A stretch of 64,000 nt of DNA, taken from IMG/VR virus record IMGVR_UViG_3300008110_010000, positions 8,199-72,198 of that record. One strand, 5' to 3'. Below, piece after piece: positions 47,581 to 56,287 of this stretch. Made by a program: the position numbers and the translations under genes. The notes beneath the pieces are model-generated. The model was not told the origin of the DNA. It did no database searches and saw nothing but the letters and a program-made list of their open reading frames with translations. This DNA is from a virus. Each line of letters opens with the position of its first letter. The stretch's first letter is position 1.

Positions 47581-47933
47581 TGACACATTTAGAGCCAGTA
47601 ATAGTTCAAAATGAAATACCTCCATACTTTGATATTTACTTTGAAAACACCCTTCCAGAAGGTGAGGATGAATTTTCTTTTTCTTTTGGACCCCAACCGG
47701 GATACGATACTTGGGAGATAGAATTCGCTGAAGGATCAACTGATTGGGAGGTTAAACCTGATGGCTGGGTACAGATTGAAATAGGATGGGGTCAAGAAAC
47801 ATATTTAACCCCTTTCCATCATTTGAACCAAATAATACATTTAGAATTTAATAGAATCCATGTGATGAAACCCGGAACTCTAAAAACATTAAAATTAAGA
47901 GGTAGAAGAATAGCATTGAAAGATAAATCATGA
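47580..47933 (+). CDS. hypothetical protein
   Basis: 117-aa ORF whose start overlaps the fibre gene stop (TAATG). Confidence 0.3.
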   Translation: MTHLEPVIVQNEIPPYFDIYFENTLPEGEDEFSFSFGPQPGYDTWEIEFAEGSTDWEVKPDGWVQIEIGWGQETYLTPFHHLNQIIHLEFNRIHVMKPGTLKTLKLRGRRIALKDKS

Positions 47934-48634
47934 GCCAGAGATATTACATGACCAGCTTAGGAAGAAGGCCTACTGGACCATCTACTGCTATCATCGGTAG
48001 TGATGCCGATGTTCTGATGTTCAGATATGTTTGGCCAGGAACTTTGAATGGAGGTGATGCTGATACATTCACTGGCATTGAACCAGGAACTGGTACATCC
48101 TATGATGGTATAAAAAATGCTAGCGGGGCACCAACCCGTTATGTTGGATATGCTCCAGGGGGAGGAATGACATCTACTGTGGGCTCGACGACAGGCATAA
48201 ATACCTCAACAACACTCATTTATTGGGCTGGTGATAATACCTCAACTGCTGGACAGGAAGTTGTTTTAGTTAGACCCAAATCAATAGCTGCATTAGACAC
48301 CTCTATAACAAGATGGAAAATCGGAATATATCTCAATTGGTATGATACAGTAGGGGTTGGGTGTATGGACTTTATAATCAGGTGCTACAGTGGTTCAACT
48401 TTCTCGGATACCGGTACAGACATCAGTGCATCAGGGGGAACGCTTTTAAGAACTTACCTGTTTAATGCTAATACAAACAACCAAAATAATCCCTCTGGGA
48501 CTGGATACCCATCGAATGGTATCAATGGATATGCTCAAATCGGTATTTTTGAATTTTTTTCCAGTGGAGATGGGTTTTTTAGATATAATCTAACCTCTAT
48601 CGGGAGCTGCAGTACTGAGAATGATATGGCTTAA
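47930..48634 (+). CDS. hypothetical Gly/Thr/Ser-rich protein (possible fibre-associated)
   Basis: 234 aa, G/T/S-rich, co-oriented with the fibre gene and overlapping its neighbour's stop (ATGA). Confidence 0.3.
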   Translation: MSQRYYMTSLGRRPTGPSTAIIGSDADVLMFRYVWPGTLNGGDADTFTGIEPGTGTSYDGIKNASGAPTRYVGYAPGGGMTSTVGSTTGINTSTTLIYWAGDNTSTAGQEVVLVRPKSIAALDTSITRWKIGIYLNWYDTVGVGCMDFIIRCYSGSTFSDTGTDISASGGTLLRTYLFNANTNNQNNPSGTGYPSNGINGYAQIGIFEFFSSGDGFFRYNLTSIGSCSTENDMA

Positions 48635-48817
48635 TTTTTTTGTAACTTTTTTGTATATTTGTATAAAATAGATATTCAAACGATATATAGATCAATTAAC
48701 ATGAAAAAAGGTTTCAACATATTGCCCCTTCATAGTTCGTTATCATCTTCAACAAGAAGACCGATAACCCCTGTGGAGAATCTGGGCAATTAAGAAACTT
48801 AAATTCATTTTAGTTCT

Positions 48818-48860
48818 AAAAAACCCAGATCTCCTTCAAAAGAGGTCTGGGTTTTTATTT
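48818..48860. terminator. rho-independent-type terminator (bidirectional)
   Basis: AAAAACCCAGATCTC-cttcaaaa-GAGGTCTGGGTTTTTATTT forms an 11-bp stem flanked by an A-run and a T-run. Confidence 0.6.
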
Positions 48861-48890
48861 AGGGTTCTTTGACATTGTGGAAAATAACGG

Positions 48891-48975
48891 AGGCTTGGCA
48901 GAGCGGTCGAATGCGGCAGTCTTGAAAACTGCTTTACGGGTAACTGTAACCGGGGTTCGAATCCCTGAGCCTCCG
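48891..48975 (+). tRNA. tRNA-Ser(TGA)
   Basis: Acceptor GGAGGCT/AGCCTCC, anticodon stem GCAGT/ACTGC with loop CTTGAAA, long variable arm, T-loop TTCGAAT. Confidence 0.75.
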
Positions 48976-48980
48976 CAATT

Positions 48981-49053
48981 GCCTCCTTAGCTCAGCTGGT
49001 AGAGCGACGCACTTGTAATGCGTAGGTCATTGGTTCGATCCCGATAGGAGGCT
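48981..49053 (+). tRNA. tRNA-Thr(TGT)
   Basis: Acceptor GCCTCCT/AGGAGGC, D-arm GCTCAGCTGGTAGAGC, anticodon loop CTTGTAA, T-loop TTCGATC. Confidence 0.8.
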
Positions 49054-49124
49054 CGATACTAACGTAAAACTTGTACACTAACATAATCCTTGTTAGCGTA
49101 CAAAAAGTTCGTTAGCAGTCAAAT

Positions 49125-49211
49125 AGAGAGGTGTCCGAGAGGCTGATGGAGCACGCTTGGAAAGCGTGTTTACGAGCGATCGTAACAAGGGTTCGAATCC
49201 CTTTCTCTCTG
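49125..49211 (+). tRNA. tRNA-Ser(GGA)
   Basis: Acceptor AGAGAGG/TCTCTCT, anticodon stem CACGC/GCGTG with loop TTGGAAA, long variable arm, T-loop TTCGAAT. Confidence 0.7.
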
Positions 49212-49212
49212 C

Positions 49213-49324
49213 ACATGCCGGTGTGGCGGAATGATGACTTGGCCAGTCATAGACGTCCCTGATCTAGAGTGGGGGTGTAACCGAAAAGGACACCGTGAAG
49301 GTAAACAACCCTTCCACCGGCACC
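49213..49324 (+). ncRNA. non-canonical tRNA-like element (~112 nt)
   Basis: A perfect 7-bp terminal helix GCCGGTG...CACCGGC is followed by A-CC. It contains a perfect 5-bp hairpin ATGAC-TTGGCCA-GTCAT with anticodon-like loop (GGC). The D- and T-regions do not fit a standard cloverleaf and the T-loop-like loop has 8 nt. Confidence 0.3.
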
Positions 49325-49328
49325 TTTT

Positions 49329-49414
49329 GCCTGGGTGTTGGAATAGGTAGACAAGACAGACTTAAAATCTGTTGGACTGCAAAGTCCGTGCGGGTTCGAT
49401 TCCCGCCCCAGGTA
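49329..49414 (+). tRNA. tRNA-Leu(TAA)
   Basis: Acceptor GCCTGGG/CCCAGGT (G1:U72), anticodon stem ACAGA/TCTGT with loop CTTAAAA, long variable arm with GGACT/AGTCC hairpin, T-loop TTCGATT. Confidence 0.75.
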
Positions 49415-49511
49415 CAAACCAAAAACAGCGTCGAGCCACATTTTGCGTCGTTCTTGGTCTAGATCTTCTCAACGGGAGAGGTGGCCGCGACCCCGAGGAG
49501 ATCACCAAATT

Positions 49512-49585
<74 letters not shown>

Positions 49586-49594
49586 CATTAAAAT

Positions 49595-49668
49595 GTTGGA
49601 TGTAGCTCAGTTGGCAGAGCACTAGCTTGTGGCGCTAGATGTCGCCGGTTCGATCCCGGTCGTTCAAC
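49595..49668 (+). tRNA. tRNA-His(GTG) with encoded G-1
   Basis: An extra 5' G pairs with discriminator C. Anticodon stem CTAGC/GCTAG with loop TTGTGGC, T-loop TTCGATC. Confidence 0.75.
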
Positions 49669-49674
49669 CATTAT

Positions 49675-49751
49675 CGAGTAGTTCGGGAGTCAGGTTACCC
49701 GGCTTGGTTTGGGACCAAGACAACTCGCAAGTTCGAATCTTGCCTACTCGA
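49675..49751 (+). tRNA. tRNA-Pro(TGG)
   Basis: Acceptor CGAGTAG/CTACTCG (perfect), anticodon stem CTTGG/CCAAG with loop TTTGGGA, T-arm GCAAG-TTCGAAT-CTTGC. Confidence 0.8.
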
Positions 49752-49757
49752 CAAAAA

Positions 49758-49848
49758 GGAGAGGTGCCTGAGTGGCCGAAAGGGCCGGTTTGCTAAACCG
49801 TTGTACGGACTTAAATCTGTACCGAGGGTTCGAATCCCTCCCTCTCCG
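49758..49848 (+). tRNA. tRNA-Ser(GCT)
   Basis: Acceptor GGAGAGG/CCTCTCC, anticodon loop TTGCTAA, long variable hairpin GTACGG...CTGTAC, T-arm GAGGG-TTCGAAT-CCCTC. Confidence 0.7.
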
Positions 49849-49908
49849 CGTAGATTCTAAGCTAATTTTCTTTCCAGTAGGATATATAAATGGACATAAA
49901 AATAGGAA

Positions 49909-50604
49909 ATGGAAATTATCACTAGATTTTTAGACTTCGTTAACGAGTCCATGATTTTAGAGTATCGCCCCAAGTCAGAACAAACCGGGGCTTACTCTAT
50001 TTTTAAAATCACATTCTCCAATGGAGAAACACATTATGGACAACTAAGGGGTATTATCGACCCCGATGTTTATCTTAATACACTAAGATCCGGAGCTAAA
50101 AACGCAGCATCAAAAACGAGGTTGCAAGAAAGAATTCTTTTCGAAGAGCCAAATCCAGACACAGAACTAGTCTTTTTTTCAAAAGACGAGGGTGAGGTTG
50201 TTGAAAAAATGAAAGATCTAGTTAAGAATGATCCTGACAGCATAAATACCCTGAATATGATAGGGTTAAAAAGAAGACTCGGTGTCAAGAATAAAACCAT
50301 TTCAGTTCCGATTGATAAAACATATCTTTCTTCCGATGATCAAATTTTCATAGAAATGGATTATGCTATGAACGATCCGGAATTAAAATTAAGAGTTGAT
50401 CTAGGAAAGACAGCATATAATCCAATAAACAGGAAAAAGTATGTTAAATCGAAAAACAAGAATTATATTAAACTAATTTCATTGGAAAAACCCACAGAAT
50501 TTTCTGGCGAAACTGACTATCCCTATAAAGAATTAATACCCACAGAGGAAATGACAGCGGATTATATCAAGCAGTACTTTGGATTGGGTAAATACTCGAG
50601 ATAA
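49909..50604 (+). CDS. hypothetical protein
   Basis: 231-aa ORF between tRNA clusters. Confidence 0.35.
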   Translation: MEIITRFLDFVNESMILEYRPKSEQTGAYSIFKITFSNGETHYGQLRGIIDPDVYLNTLRSGAKNAASKTRLQERILFEEPNPDTELVFFSKDEGEVVEKMKDLVKNDPDSINTLNMIGLKRRLGVKNKTISVPIDKTYLSSDDQIFIEMDYAMNDPELKLRVDLGKTAYNPINRKKYVKSKNKNYIKLISLEKPTEFSGETDYPYKELIPTEEMTADYIKQYFGLGKYSR

Positions 50605-50644
50605 GTCCCTTAAATCACGCAACTTCTTAAAATTTAATAATATT

Positions 50645-50718
50645 GGACCTGTAGCTCAGTTGGTTAGAGCACCTGACTCATAATCAGTAGGTCCCTGGTT
50701 CGAGCCCAGGCTGGTCCA
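50645..50718 (+). tRNA. tRNA-Met(CAT) elongator-type (or Ile-lysidine)
   Basis: GGACCTG-TA-GCTCAGTTGGTTAGAGC, anticodon loop CTCATAA, T-arm CCTGG-TTCGAGC-CCAGG, acceptor 3' CTGGTCC. Lacks initiator features. Confidence 0.75.
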
Positions 50719-50726
50719 CGATATTT

Positions 50727-51665
50727 TTGTTATGTATGAAAACTATTTGGGTTTTAGAGGACATAAAAAAAGATGGAGAATTTTTCCTTCATGAGGTTGA
50801 GCTCGTTTGTCTGATTGCATCAGTTTCGAATTGGAAGGTGTTATATCCGGAATGTGAAACTGTAATTTATGTGTGTCCCTCAGTTTACAATTATCTAGAA
50901 AAAATTGGAATTTTAAATTTATGGGACAGTGTAGAAACTAATCCTTTATCAAAAAGTGATAATATTAATAGAAGAGCTTTCTGGACTGCTTCCAAGCTGA
51001 AGTGTATGAAAAACATAGAAGCTCCTTTCATAATGATGGATTGTGATTTATATTTCAAAAGAAAAACATTTGAAATCAAGGACTTATCCAAATACGATAT
51101 AATAGTTAATCAGATCGAAGAAGGAGTAAAGGTTTATCCCAGCATCAAAGACAAAATACTAAATCAGATAGTAAATGAATATCCGATTAAATTCGGATGG
51201 AAAAACACACATTCAACCAACGTTTCATTCCTTTATATAAATAATGAAGATTTTAGAATGGAATATGCTAACATCTCATTGGAATGGATGGAAATCCTTT
51301 CGCAAAGATTTTGGGACGATCCTGATTTGAACGGAAAATATATGGTTTTTTGTGAACAGAAGATTTTAAAAGAGCTTGGGGATTTAAGAGTTCAAAAGAT
51401 AGCAGCTCTTTCTCCACAATTCTTTTTCGGAGAAGAAAATACAATTCTGAATATCCCTGATGAATATGGAACTTTTTCAATGAATGACAGTCTAGATTAT
51501 TCTCATCTCCATGCGAATAAAAGATTTGTTCTCAAGGACAGGAGTCTTTTTTTAGATATAAGAAGCGATATTATAGAATCCATGGTAAATCTAAATAGTT
51601 TTACTATGAAACTTTTGCATCAGATATTACTTAAAAATAAAGAAATAATTGGCCCAGTGGCGTAA
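50727..51665 (+). CDS. hypothetical protein
   Basis: 312-aa ORF that ends 17 nt into the downstream tRNA-Leu (starts 51649). Confidence 0.35.
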   Translation: MLCMKTIWVLEDIKKDGEFFLHEVELVCLIASVSNWKVLYPECETVIYVCPSVYNYLEKIGILNLWDSVETNPLSKSDNINRRAFWTASKLKCMKNIEAPFIMMDCDLYFKRKTFEIKDLSKYDIIVNQIEEGVKVYPSIKDKILNQIVNEYPIKFGWKNTHSTNVSFLYINNEDFRMEYANISLEWMEILSQRFWDDPDLNGKYMVFCEQKILKELGDLRVQKIAALSPQFFFGEENTILNIPDEYGTFSMNDSLDYSHLHANKRFVLKDRSLFLDIRSDIIESMVNLNSFTMKLLHQILLKNKEIIGPVA

Positions 51666-51732
51666 TTGGTAGCCGCACTAGACTTAGGATCTAGTGTCGA
51701 AAGACGTGGGGGTTCGAGTCCCTCCTGGGTCA
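51649..51732 (+). tRNA. tRNA-Leu(TAG)
   Basis: Acceptor GGCCCAG/CTGGGTC, anticodon stem CTAGA/TCTAG with loop CTTAGGA, long variable arm, T-loop TTCGAGT. Confidence 0.75.
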
Positions 51733-51740
51733 CACAGAAA

Positions 51741-52358
51741 ATGATAGTTCACTTTATTTGGGTTGGGGATCGAAAAATTCCTCAGCATTTTTTGTCTAAT
51801 CTGGAAAAGTTTAAATCCTTAAATCCCTCTGAAGAAATTCTGGAGTGGGACGATGAGCATTTAATCCCATTAATTAAATCTTACGGCAGGGAAGAACTTT
51901 ATTTTTCTTCTGGTATTTTCCACAAGTTACAAATTGCTAGATACACTGTTTTAGATTACTATGGAGGAATTTACATAGACTATGATCTGAATTGGAAAGT
52001 CTCAGTCAAAGAAGGACTAGGATTAAGAACAGAAAGGGATCTGTGTTTAATTAAAAGAAGATCCCTATATTTCTACAAGAAAGAAGAATCAATCTTAAAG
52101 ATTGATCTATTAGACGATTATGTAATTTTTGCTAAGCCTGGAATTACAAACGGGTTTATAGATTATAGCCTGAACAGGTTCCTAGATAAATCTAGAATCA
52201 AAGAATGCCAAACTGAACCTTTCAGCGTGTATTCTTTGACTGAATGGGTTCACGATTCACAATTCGATTTTGATTGTTTCGATCATACTGAGATATATGA
52301 CAGCGGGGAATGTAAGCTAGCATATCATGATAACAAAAAAACCTGGGAGGGAAAATAA
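51741..52358 (+). CDS. glycosyltransferase with sugar-binding DXD region (Gly_transf_sug-like)
   Basis: MIVHFIWVGDRKIP and GGIYIDYDL match the HFIW(I/V)G ... GGIY-x-D-x-D signature. Start trimmed from 51666 to the ATG at 51741 because the upstream 25 codons are the tRNA-Leu. Confidence 0.5.
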   Translation: MIVHFIWVGDRKIPQHFLSNLEKFKSLNPSEEILEWDDEHLIPLIKSYGREELYFSSGIFHKLQIARYTVLDYYGGIYIDYDLNWKVSVKEGLGLRTERDLCLIKRRSLYFYKKEESILKIDLLDDYVIFAKPGITNGFIDYSLNRFLDKSRIKECQTEPFSVYSLTEWVHDSQFDFDCFDHTEIYDSGECKLAYHDNKKTWEGK

Positions 52359-52360
52359 GA

Positions 52361-52672
52361 ATGCCGACTAAAAAAATAAAAGAGATAGTTAAAGAGTATA
52401 AGGATGCAACCGCCTTTGAGATTTTTGAGGGAGTTAGAGATAATTTTCTCTTTGGATTTATTGGAGCAACTTTGGTAGTTTTCATTTCGACCCGGTTAGA
52501 TATAGGAGTTTTATTGGGTTATATTACATATTACTATTTTATGGGAAGAATTGTAAATCGTCCTAAATACGTGACCTCCTTAGGAAAATTAATAGTTTTC
52601 CCCATTCCCTCTGCACTTGGGGCTTTTGCAGGATACAAGTTAGCTTATTATCTACATCTGATAATTCAATAA
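52361..52672 (+). CDS. small membrane protein
   Basis: 103 aa with two hydrophobic helices. Confidence 0.3.
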   Translation: MPTKKIKEIVKEYKDATAFEIFEGVRDNFLFGFIGATLVVFISTRLDIGVLLGYITYYYFMGRIVNRPKYVTSLGKLIVFPIPSALGAFAGYKLAYYLHLIIQ

Positions 52673-52674
52673 CT

Positions 52675-52746
52675 ACACCCGTAGTTCAATGGATTAGAAC
52701 ACTTGACTACGGATCAAGAAATGTGGGTTCGACCCCTACCGGGTGT
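52675..52746 (+). tRNA. tRNA-Arg(ACG)
   Basis: Acceptor ACACCCG/CGGGTGT (perfect), anticodon stem CTTGA/TCAAG with loop CTACGGA, T-loop TTCGACC. Confidence 0.8.
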
Positions 52747-52799
52747 ACATTTTTTATTTTTAAAAAATCCTCGTAAATTTGATCCTAAATTAAAAAGCA

Positions 52800-53060
52800 A
52801 TGAAAAAGATTCTTCTATTCTTATTAGTTCTAGGATTTAGCTATTCCGTATTTGCTCAGGAACCTAAAACTGTTGAAGTTACAATTCAAAAATTTAGGGA
52901 AATTAAAAAAGATTTGGAAAAGAGGAAAATTGCCTACTATATAGATGCTGGCATTATCCACACAGAAAACTTCGGTAAAGAACCTAAAGAGATCTTGATT
53001 TATGTTTCCAAGGATGAAAACGGACTGAAACAGGTTTTAACTACTGGAAGTAGACCTTAA
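52800..53060 (+). CDS. small secreted protein
   Basis: Signal peptide MKKILLFLLVLGFSYSVFAQ with an A-Q cleavage context. Confidence 0.3.
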   Translation: MKKILLFLLVLGFSYSVFAQEPKTVEVTIQKFREIKKDLEKRKIAYYIDAGIIHTENFGKEPKEILIYVSKDENGLKQVLTTGSRP

Positions 53061-54262
53061 TTATCAACCTTACCAGATCCATGGGTGATTCCCCCCGTTC
53101 CTATTCCTCCTGTGGACTGTACAGCGGAACCTACCTCAACATTTGCAATCGCACTATTGTATGTTTTTGGCATTTCTCTTAAGATTCTATTTACTATTGC
53201 GTTAGAAAGCACGTTCCAGTATTTGGGTAAAAATTCATCAAATTCTGGGTAGTCCTTAAGTGTTTTTGGCTGGTAGATCTTTAGCATCTCCATGATTTGG
53301 GTTTTTATAGAGGTGGGATCGAAACTTTTGATGTCATTTGGCTGTGCACTTACAATTTTTTCAGCATATGGTTGGAGATCCACCTTATAAATTTTACTTA
53401 AATCCATCGGATAAAAATCCGATAAACCAGCAAGACAATATTGAAAAACAACAGCTAAATAGTACGCCGGCGGTTCTTTTGCGAAAACCTTCTTCATCTC
53501 GCTAAATCCGAAAAACGAGCTAAATTTAGAATTCCATTTAGCATTATTTCTTAAGAAATGAGCTGCTTTAATTCCATCAGCGATACTATCTCCTGAAACT
53601 ACTATTTGATCATTAGAGCTAGTTTGAATTTCGTCTGGTTTTTGATCTTGTGATAAAGCTTCTTTGAGTTGATTCTCGAATCTTTTCACAAGATCGGCAT
53701 ATCCAGTTGAGATCCTAACTCCATTTGCTTGATCATATTTTCCATTAACACTTAGACCCATTCCTTTTCTAGTGACCTCTCCAATTTTGATCATCATGAT
53801 TCCCTCAAATGGAAACTTATAATCAAACGAATTTTTAGTAACTGCAACATTCAAATAATGCAAAGCTCTTAATAAAGCTAATAATCCATTTCCCGAACCC
53901 TCGACTTCCAAAACTGTGGAATTATTGAACGGAATCTTGACGGAACCGGTTTCTGTCATTGTGTATTTTTTGCCATCAGCAGTTATTGTTAAATAATCCA
54001 TTCCTGCTTTGACTTTTTTCCCGCTCGTTACACTCTCGAATTTTTTTGCAGCCCCTATCTTTATCATCTCTTCTACTCCGCTTATTTTAAGCGAGGTTGT
54101 GGTATCCTGTTGAATACCTATAGGATTTGCAGCTCCCGCAAAAAGATTGTCAGTGTCTGTGGATCCTATAACGGCTATAAAACCTTTATCTGTTCCTTCC
54201 TGCTCTAAGATTGCATAGCTGTTTCTTTTTAAGAATTGATCGAACGTTTCTAGTATTTTCAT
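53057..54262 (-). CDS. hypothetical protein
   Basis: 401-aa ORF with no motif recognised. Confidence 0.35.
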   Translation of the reverse strand: MKILETFDQFLKRNSYAILEQEGTDKGFIAVIGSTDTDNLFAGAANPIGIQQDTTTSLKISGVEEMIKIGAAKKFESVTSGKKVKAGMDYLTITADGKKYTMTETGSVKIPFNNSTVLEVEGSGNGLLALLRALHYLNVAVTKNSFDYKFPFEGIMMIKIGEVTRKGMGLSVNGKYDQANGVRISTGYADLVKRFENQLKEALSQDQKPDEIQTSSNDQIVVSGDSIADGIKAAHFLRNNAKWNSKFSSFFGFSEMKKVFAKEPPAYYLAVVFQYCLAGLSDFYPMDLSKIYKVDLQPYAEKIVSAQPNDIKSFDPTSIKTQIMEMLKIYQPKTLKDYPEFDEFLPKYWNVLSNAIVNRILREMPKTYNSAIANVEVGSAVQSTGGIGTGGITHGSGKVDN

Positions 54263-54293
54263 AAAGATATATATCTTGTAAATATTCGTTTAT

Positions 54294-55088
54294 ATGAGAA
54301 AAATACAGTCATTTTCACAATTTGTCAGCGAAGCTCAATTTGCTATAAGTGATCCCTCAACAGCAGGAGAGAAATTAGCAGGTGTCCTAGTAGCTAATAA
54401 AGACGCAAAAGAAGAACCAAAGGGAAGTAATAAAGGACCGGAAGTAGACAAATATCTACAATCAGTAGGATTAGGCCCAGGTTTACCCTGGTGTGCAGCC
54501 TTTGTTTATTATATTTTTGACCAGCTTTCCAAGCAACTTGGAACTTCAAACCCACTTCCTAAGACTGGAGGGGTAATGAATCACTGGAATAAATCAGACC
54601 AGGATGCAAAGATTACCATAGATCAAGCTAGGATCAATCCAAATTTAGTTAGGCCAGGACAAGTATTTATAATGACCAGACCAGGTAAAGGATTGGGACA
54701 TACTGGTATAATAGTATCAGTAGATCCACAAAAGAAAACCATGACAACTATGGAGGGTAACACCAACGATCAGCTTTCTGGTGAAGGTAACAGAGTCGGA
54801 ACTAATGTGAGAAAATTGGATCAAGGAACCCTAGTAGGATTCTTGGATTATTTTAAAACAAGTAGAACACCAGAATTTGAAGCAGATCTTTCTAAAGCAA
54901 TAACAGGTCAAGCCACAGCATTACCTCCTCTTTCAGCTGACGATGTTCCAGGAGACGATGTAGTAGGTCCGGTTAAAACCGATGCTGGAGGACAATTAAT
55001 GGCTCAAGCTCTTGGTAATGTTGCAGCGGCAACTGCAAATATGGAAGCTCCTAGAACACCAGAAGAAGTTCCGGTGGAACTTAGATAA
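54294..55088 (+). CDS. CHAP-domain peptidase/amidase (peptidoglycan hydrolase-like)
   Basis: LPWCAAFVYY (catalytic Cys) ... GLGHTGIIVSV (His) ... MEGNTND has the order and spacing of CHAP domains. Confidence 0.6.
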   Translation: MRKIQSFSQFVSEAQFAISDPSTAGEKLAGVLVANKDAKEEPKGSNKGPEVDKYLQSVGLGPGLPWCAAFVYYIFDQLSKQLGTSNPLPKTGGVMNHWNKSDQDAKITIDQARINPNLVRPGQVFIMTRPGKGLGHTGIIVSVDPQKKTMTTMEGNTNDQLSGEGNRVGTNVRKLDQGTLVGFLDYFKTSRTPEFEADLSKAITGQATALPPLSADDVPGDDVVGPVKTDAGGQLMAQALGNVAAATANMEAPRTPEEVPVELR

Positions 55089-55123
55089 ATAGATTATTAA
55101 ATACAAAAATATAATAAGTAGAT

Positions 55124-55420
55124 ATGAAACATCTTAAAGGATATAACGAAATAAGCGAAAGTTTTTTCGATTTTAATTTTGGAAGGCCTACCGCTACAAA
55201 GGCAGCTAAAGACAGTCTAAGAGGAACTGGGGTTTCTGGATATTCAAGGGGAGATCAAAATTACGGAGAAGCTCCAGATCCTAAGAAAGAGGTAGTAATT
55301 TTTCAAGGAAGGGAATTCACGCAGGATCAAATAGAATATGCTGGTTATAACGATCTTGGAGAAATTCCAAGAATTGAAGGAGATAAATTAATTATTGCAA
55401 ATCCTGTTTGGGAAATGTAA
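55124..55420 (+). CDS. hypothetical protein
   Basis: 98-aa ORF. Confidence 0.3.
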   Translation: MKHLKGYNEISESFFDFNFGRPTATKAAKDSLRGTGVSGYSRGDQNYGEAPDPKKEVVIFQGREFTQDQIEYAGYNDLGEIPRIEGDKLIIANPVWEM

Positions 55421-55581
55421 TTTTTTTCTTAAATTTACACGAAACAAAAAATAACGTTTGATATATAACAAACATCTCATGAAGACTCAGTTCACATATA
55501 ATTGCAACCAAATGCCTGAACAAGGTAATAAGGGGGATTATATGGATACGGATCTGGGTTAACATGTCTAAAATATAAATT

Positions 55582-55615
55582 GAAAAACCCAGATCCAAAA
55601 GGTCTGGGTTTTTCT
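55582..55615. terminator. rho-independent-type terminator, same family as 48818..48860
   Basis: AACCCAGATC-caaaa-GGTCTGGGTT followed by TTTTCTTTT. Shares the ACCCAGA...TCTGGGT core. Confidence 0.55.
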
Positions 55616-55621
55616 TTTGAT

Positions 55622-55693
55622 GGCGATTTGGCCGAGTGGTTCAGGCAGGGGTCTGCAAAACCTCTTACTCCAGTTCGACTCTGGAAATCGCCT
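55622..55693 (+). tRNA. tRNA-Cys(GCA)
   Basis: Acceptor GGCGATT/AATCGCC (perfect), anticodon stem GGGGT/ACCTC with loop CTGCAAA, T-arm TCCAG-TTCGACT-CTGGA. Confidence 0.8.
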
Positions 55694-55701
55694 CAGAAAT
55701 T

Positions 55702-55773
55702 GGGGATATAGCTCAGCGGTAGAGCAAGCGACTGTTAATCGCTAGGTCATAGGTTCGAATCCTTTTATCCCCG
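55702..55773 (+). tRNA. tRNA-Asn(GTT)
   Basis: Acceptor GGGGATA/TATCCCC, D-arm GCTCAGCGGTAGAGC, anticodon stem AGCGA/TCGCT with loop CTGTTAA, T-loop TTCGAAT. Confidence 0.75.
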
Positions 55774-55803
55774 CAGATGGTTCTTTGACATATTGGAAAA
55801 CTT

Positions 55804-55875
55804 GGCCCCGTCGTCTAATGGTTAGGACGCCTCCCTTTCACGGAGGAAATTTCGGTTCGACTCCGTGCGGGGCTA
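55804..55875 (+). tRNA. tRNA-Glu(TTC)
   Basis: GGCCCCG-TC-GTCTAATGGTTAGGAC, anticodon stem CCTCC/GGAGG with loop CTTTCAC (same loop as E. coli tRNA-Glu). T-stem somewhat irregular. Confidence 0.65.
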
Positions 55876-55883
55876 CATTCGAG

Positions 55884-55956
55884 GATCTCTTAGCTCAATC
55901 GGTAGAGCACTACACTTTTAATGTAGGGGTTTTGGGTTCGAGTCCCAAAGGGATCA
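55884..55956 (+). tRNA. tRNA-Lys(TTT)
   Basis: Acceptor GATCTCT/AGGGATC, D-arm GCTCAATCGGTAGAGC, anticodon stem CTACA/TGTAG with loop CTTTTAA, T-arm TTGGG-TTCGAGT-CCCAA. Confidence 0.75.
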
Positions 55957-56045
55957 CATAATACCTTATTATAAGCTCATAGCTGAACTCTAATTTTTAA
56001 TCAGATTTAGATACTATAAGCTAAAATAATCTCTTTAAACAAAGC

Positions 56046-56127
56046 GGGAGCATCGCATAGCGGCAATTGCAAGGGACTGTAAATCCCTCCTCTTACGAGT
56101 TCGGTGGTTCGAGTCCACCTGCTCCCA
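56046..56127 (+). tRNA. tRNA-Tyr(GTA)
   Basis: Acceptor GGGAGCA/TGCTCCC (perfect), anticodon stem AGGGA/TCCCT with loop CTGTAAA, long variable arm (bacterial type), T-arm GGTGG-TTCGAGT-CCACC. Confidence 0.8.
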
Positions 56128-56212
56128 CAAATCAGAAGCGGTAAGAAGCGTTACTTCATCAAAATTGGATTTGACAACAACACACGCTGATTAAATATTC
56201 TCTGATTTTATT

Positions 56213-56282
56213 GCCCGATGGTGTAATGGCAGCACAAGTGGTTTTGGTCCACTTAGTCTAGGTTCGAATCCTAGTCGGGCAT
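56213..56282 (+). tRNA. tRNA-Gln(TTG)
   Basis: Acceptor TGCCCGA/TCGGGCA (perfect), anticodon stem AGTGG/CCACT with loop TTTTGGT, T-arm CTAGG-TTCGAAT-CCTAG. Confidence 0.75.
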
Positions 56283-56287
56283 CATTA

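Noticed and set aside
55804-55875. Possible UGA-reading tRNA (anticodon UCA, suppressor or Sec-like)
   Set aside because: An alternative parse put TCA in the anticodon position. The fully paired stem CCTCC/GGAGG leaves the loop CTTTCAC with anticodon TTC, identical to canonical tRNA-Glu loops, and the length (72 nt) is incompatible with tRNA-Sec.
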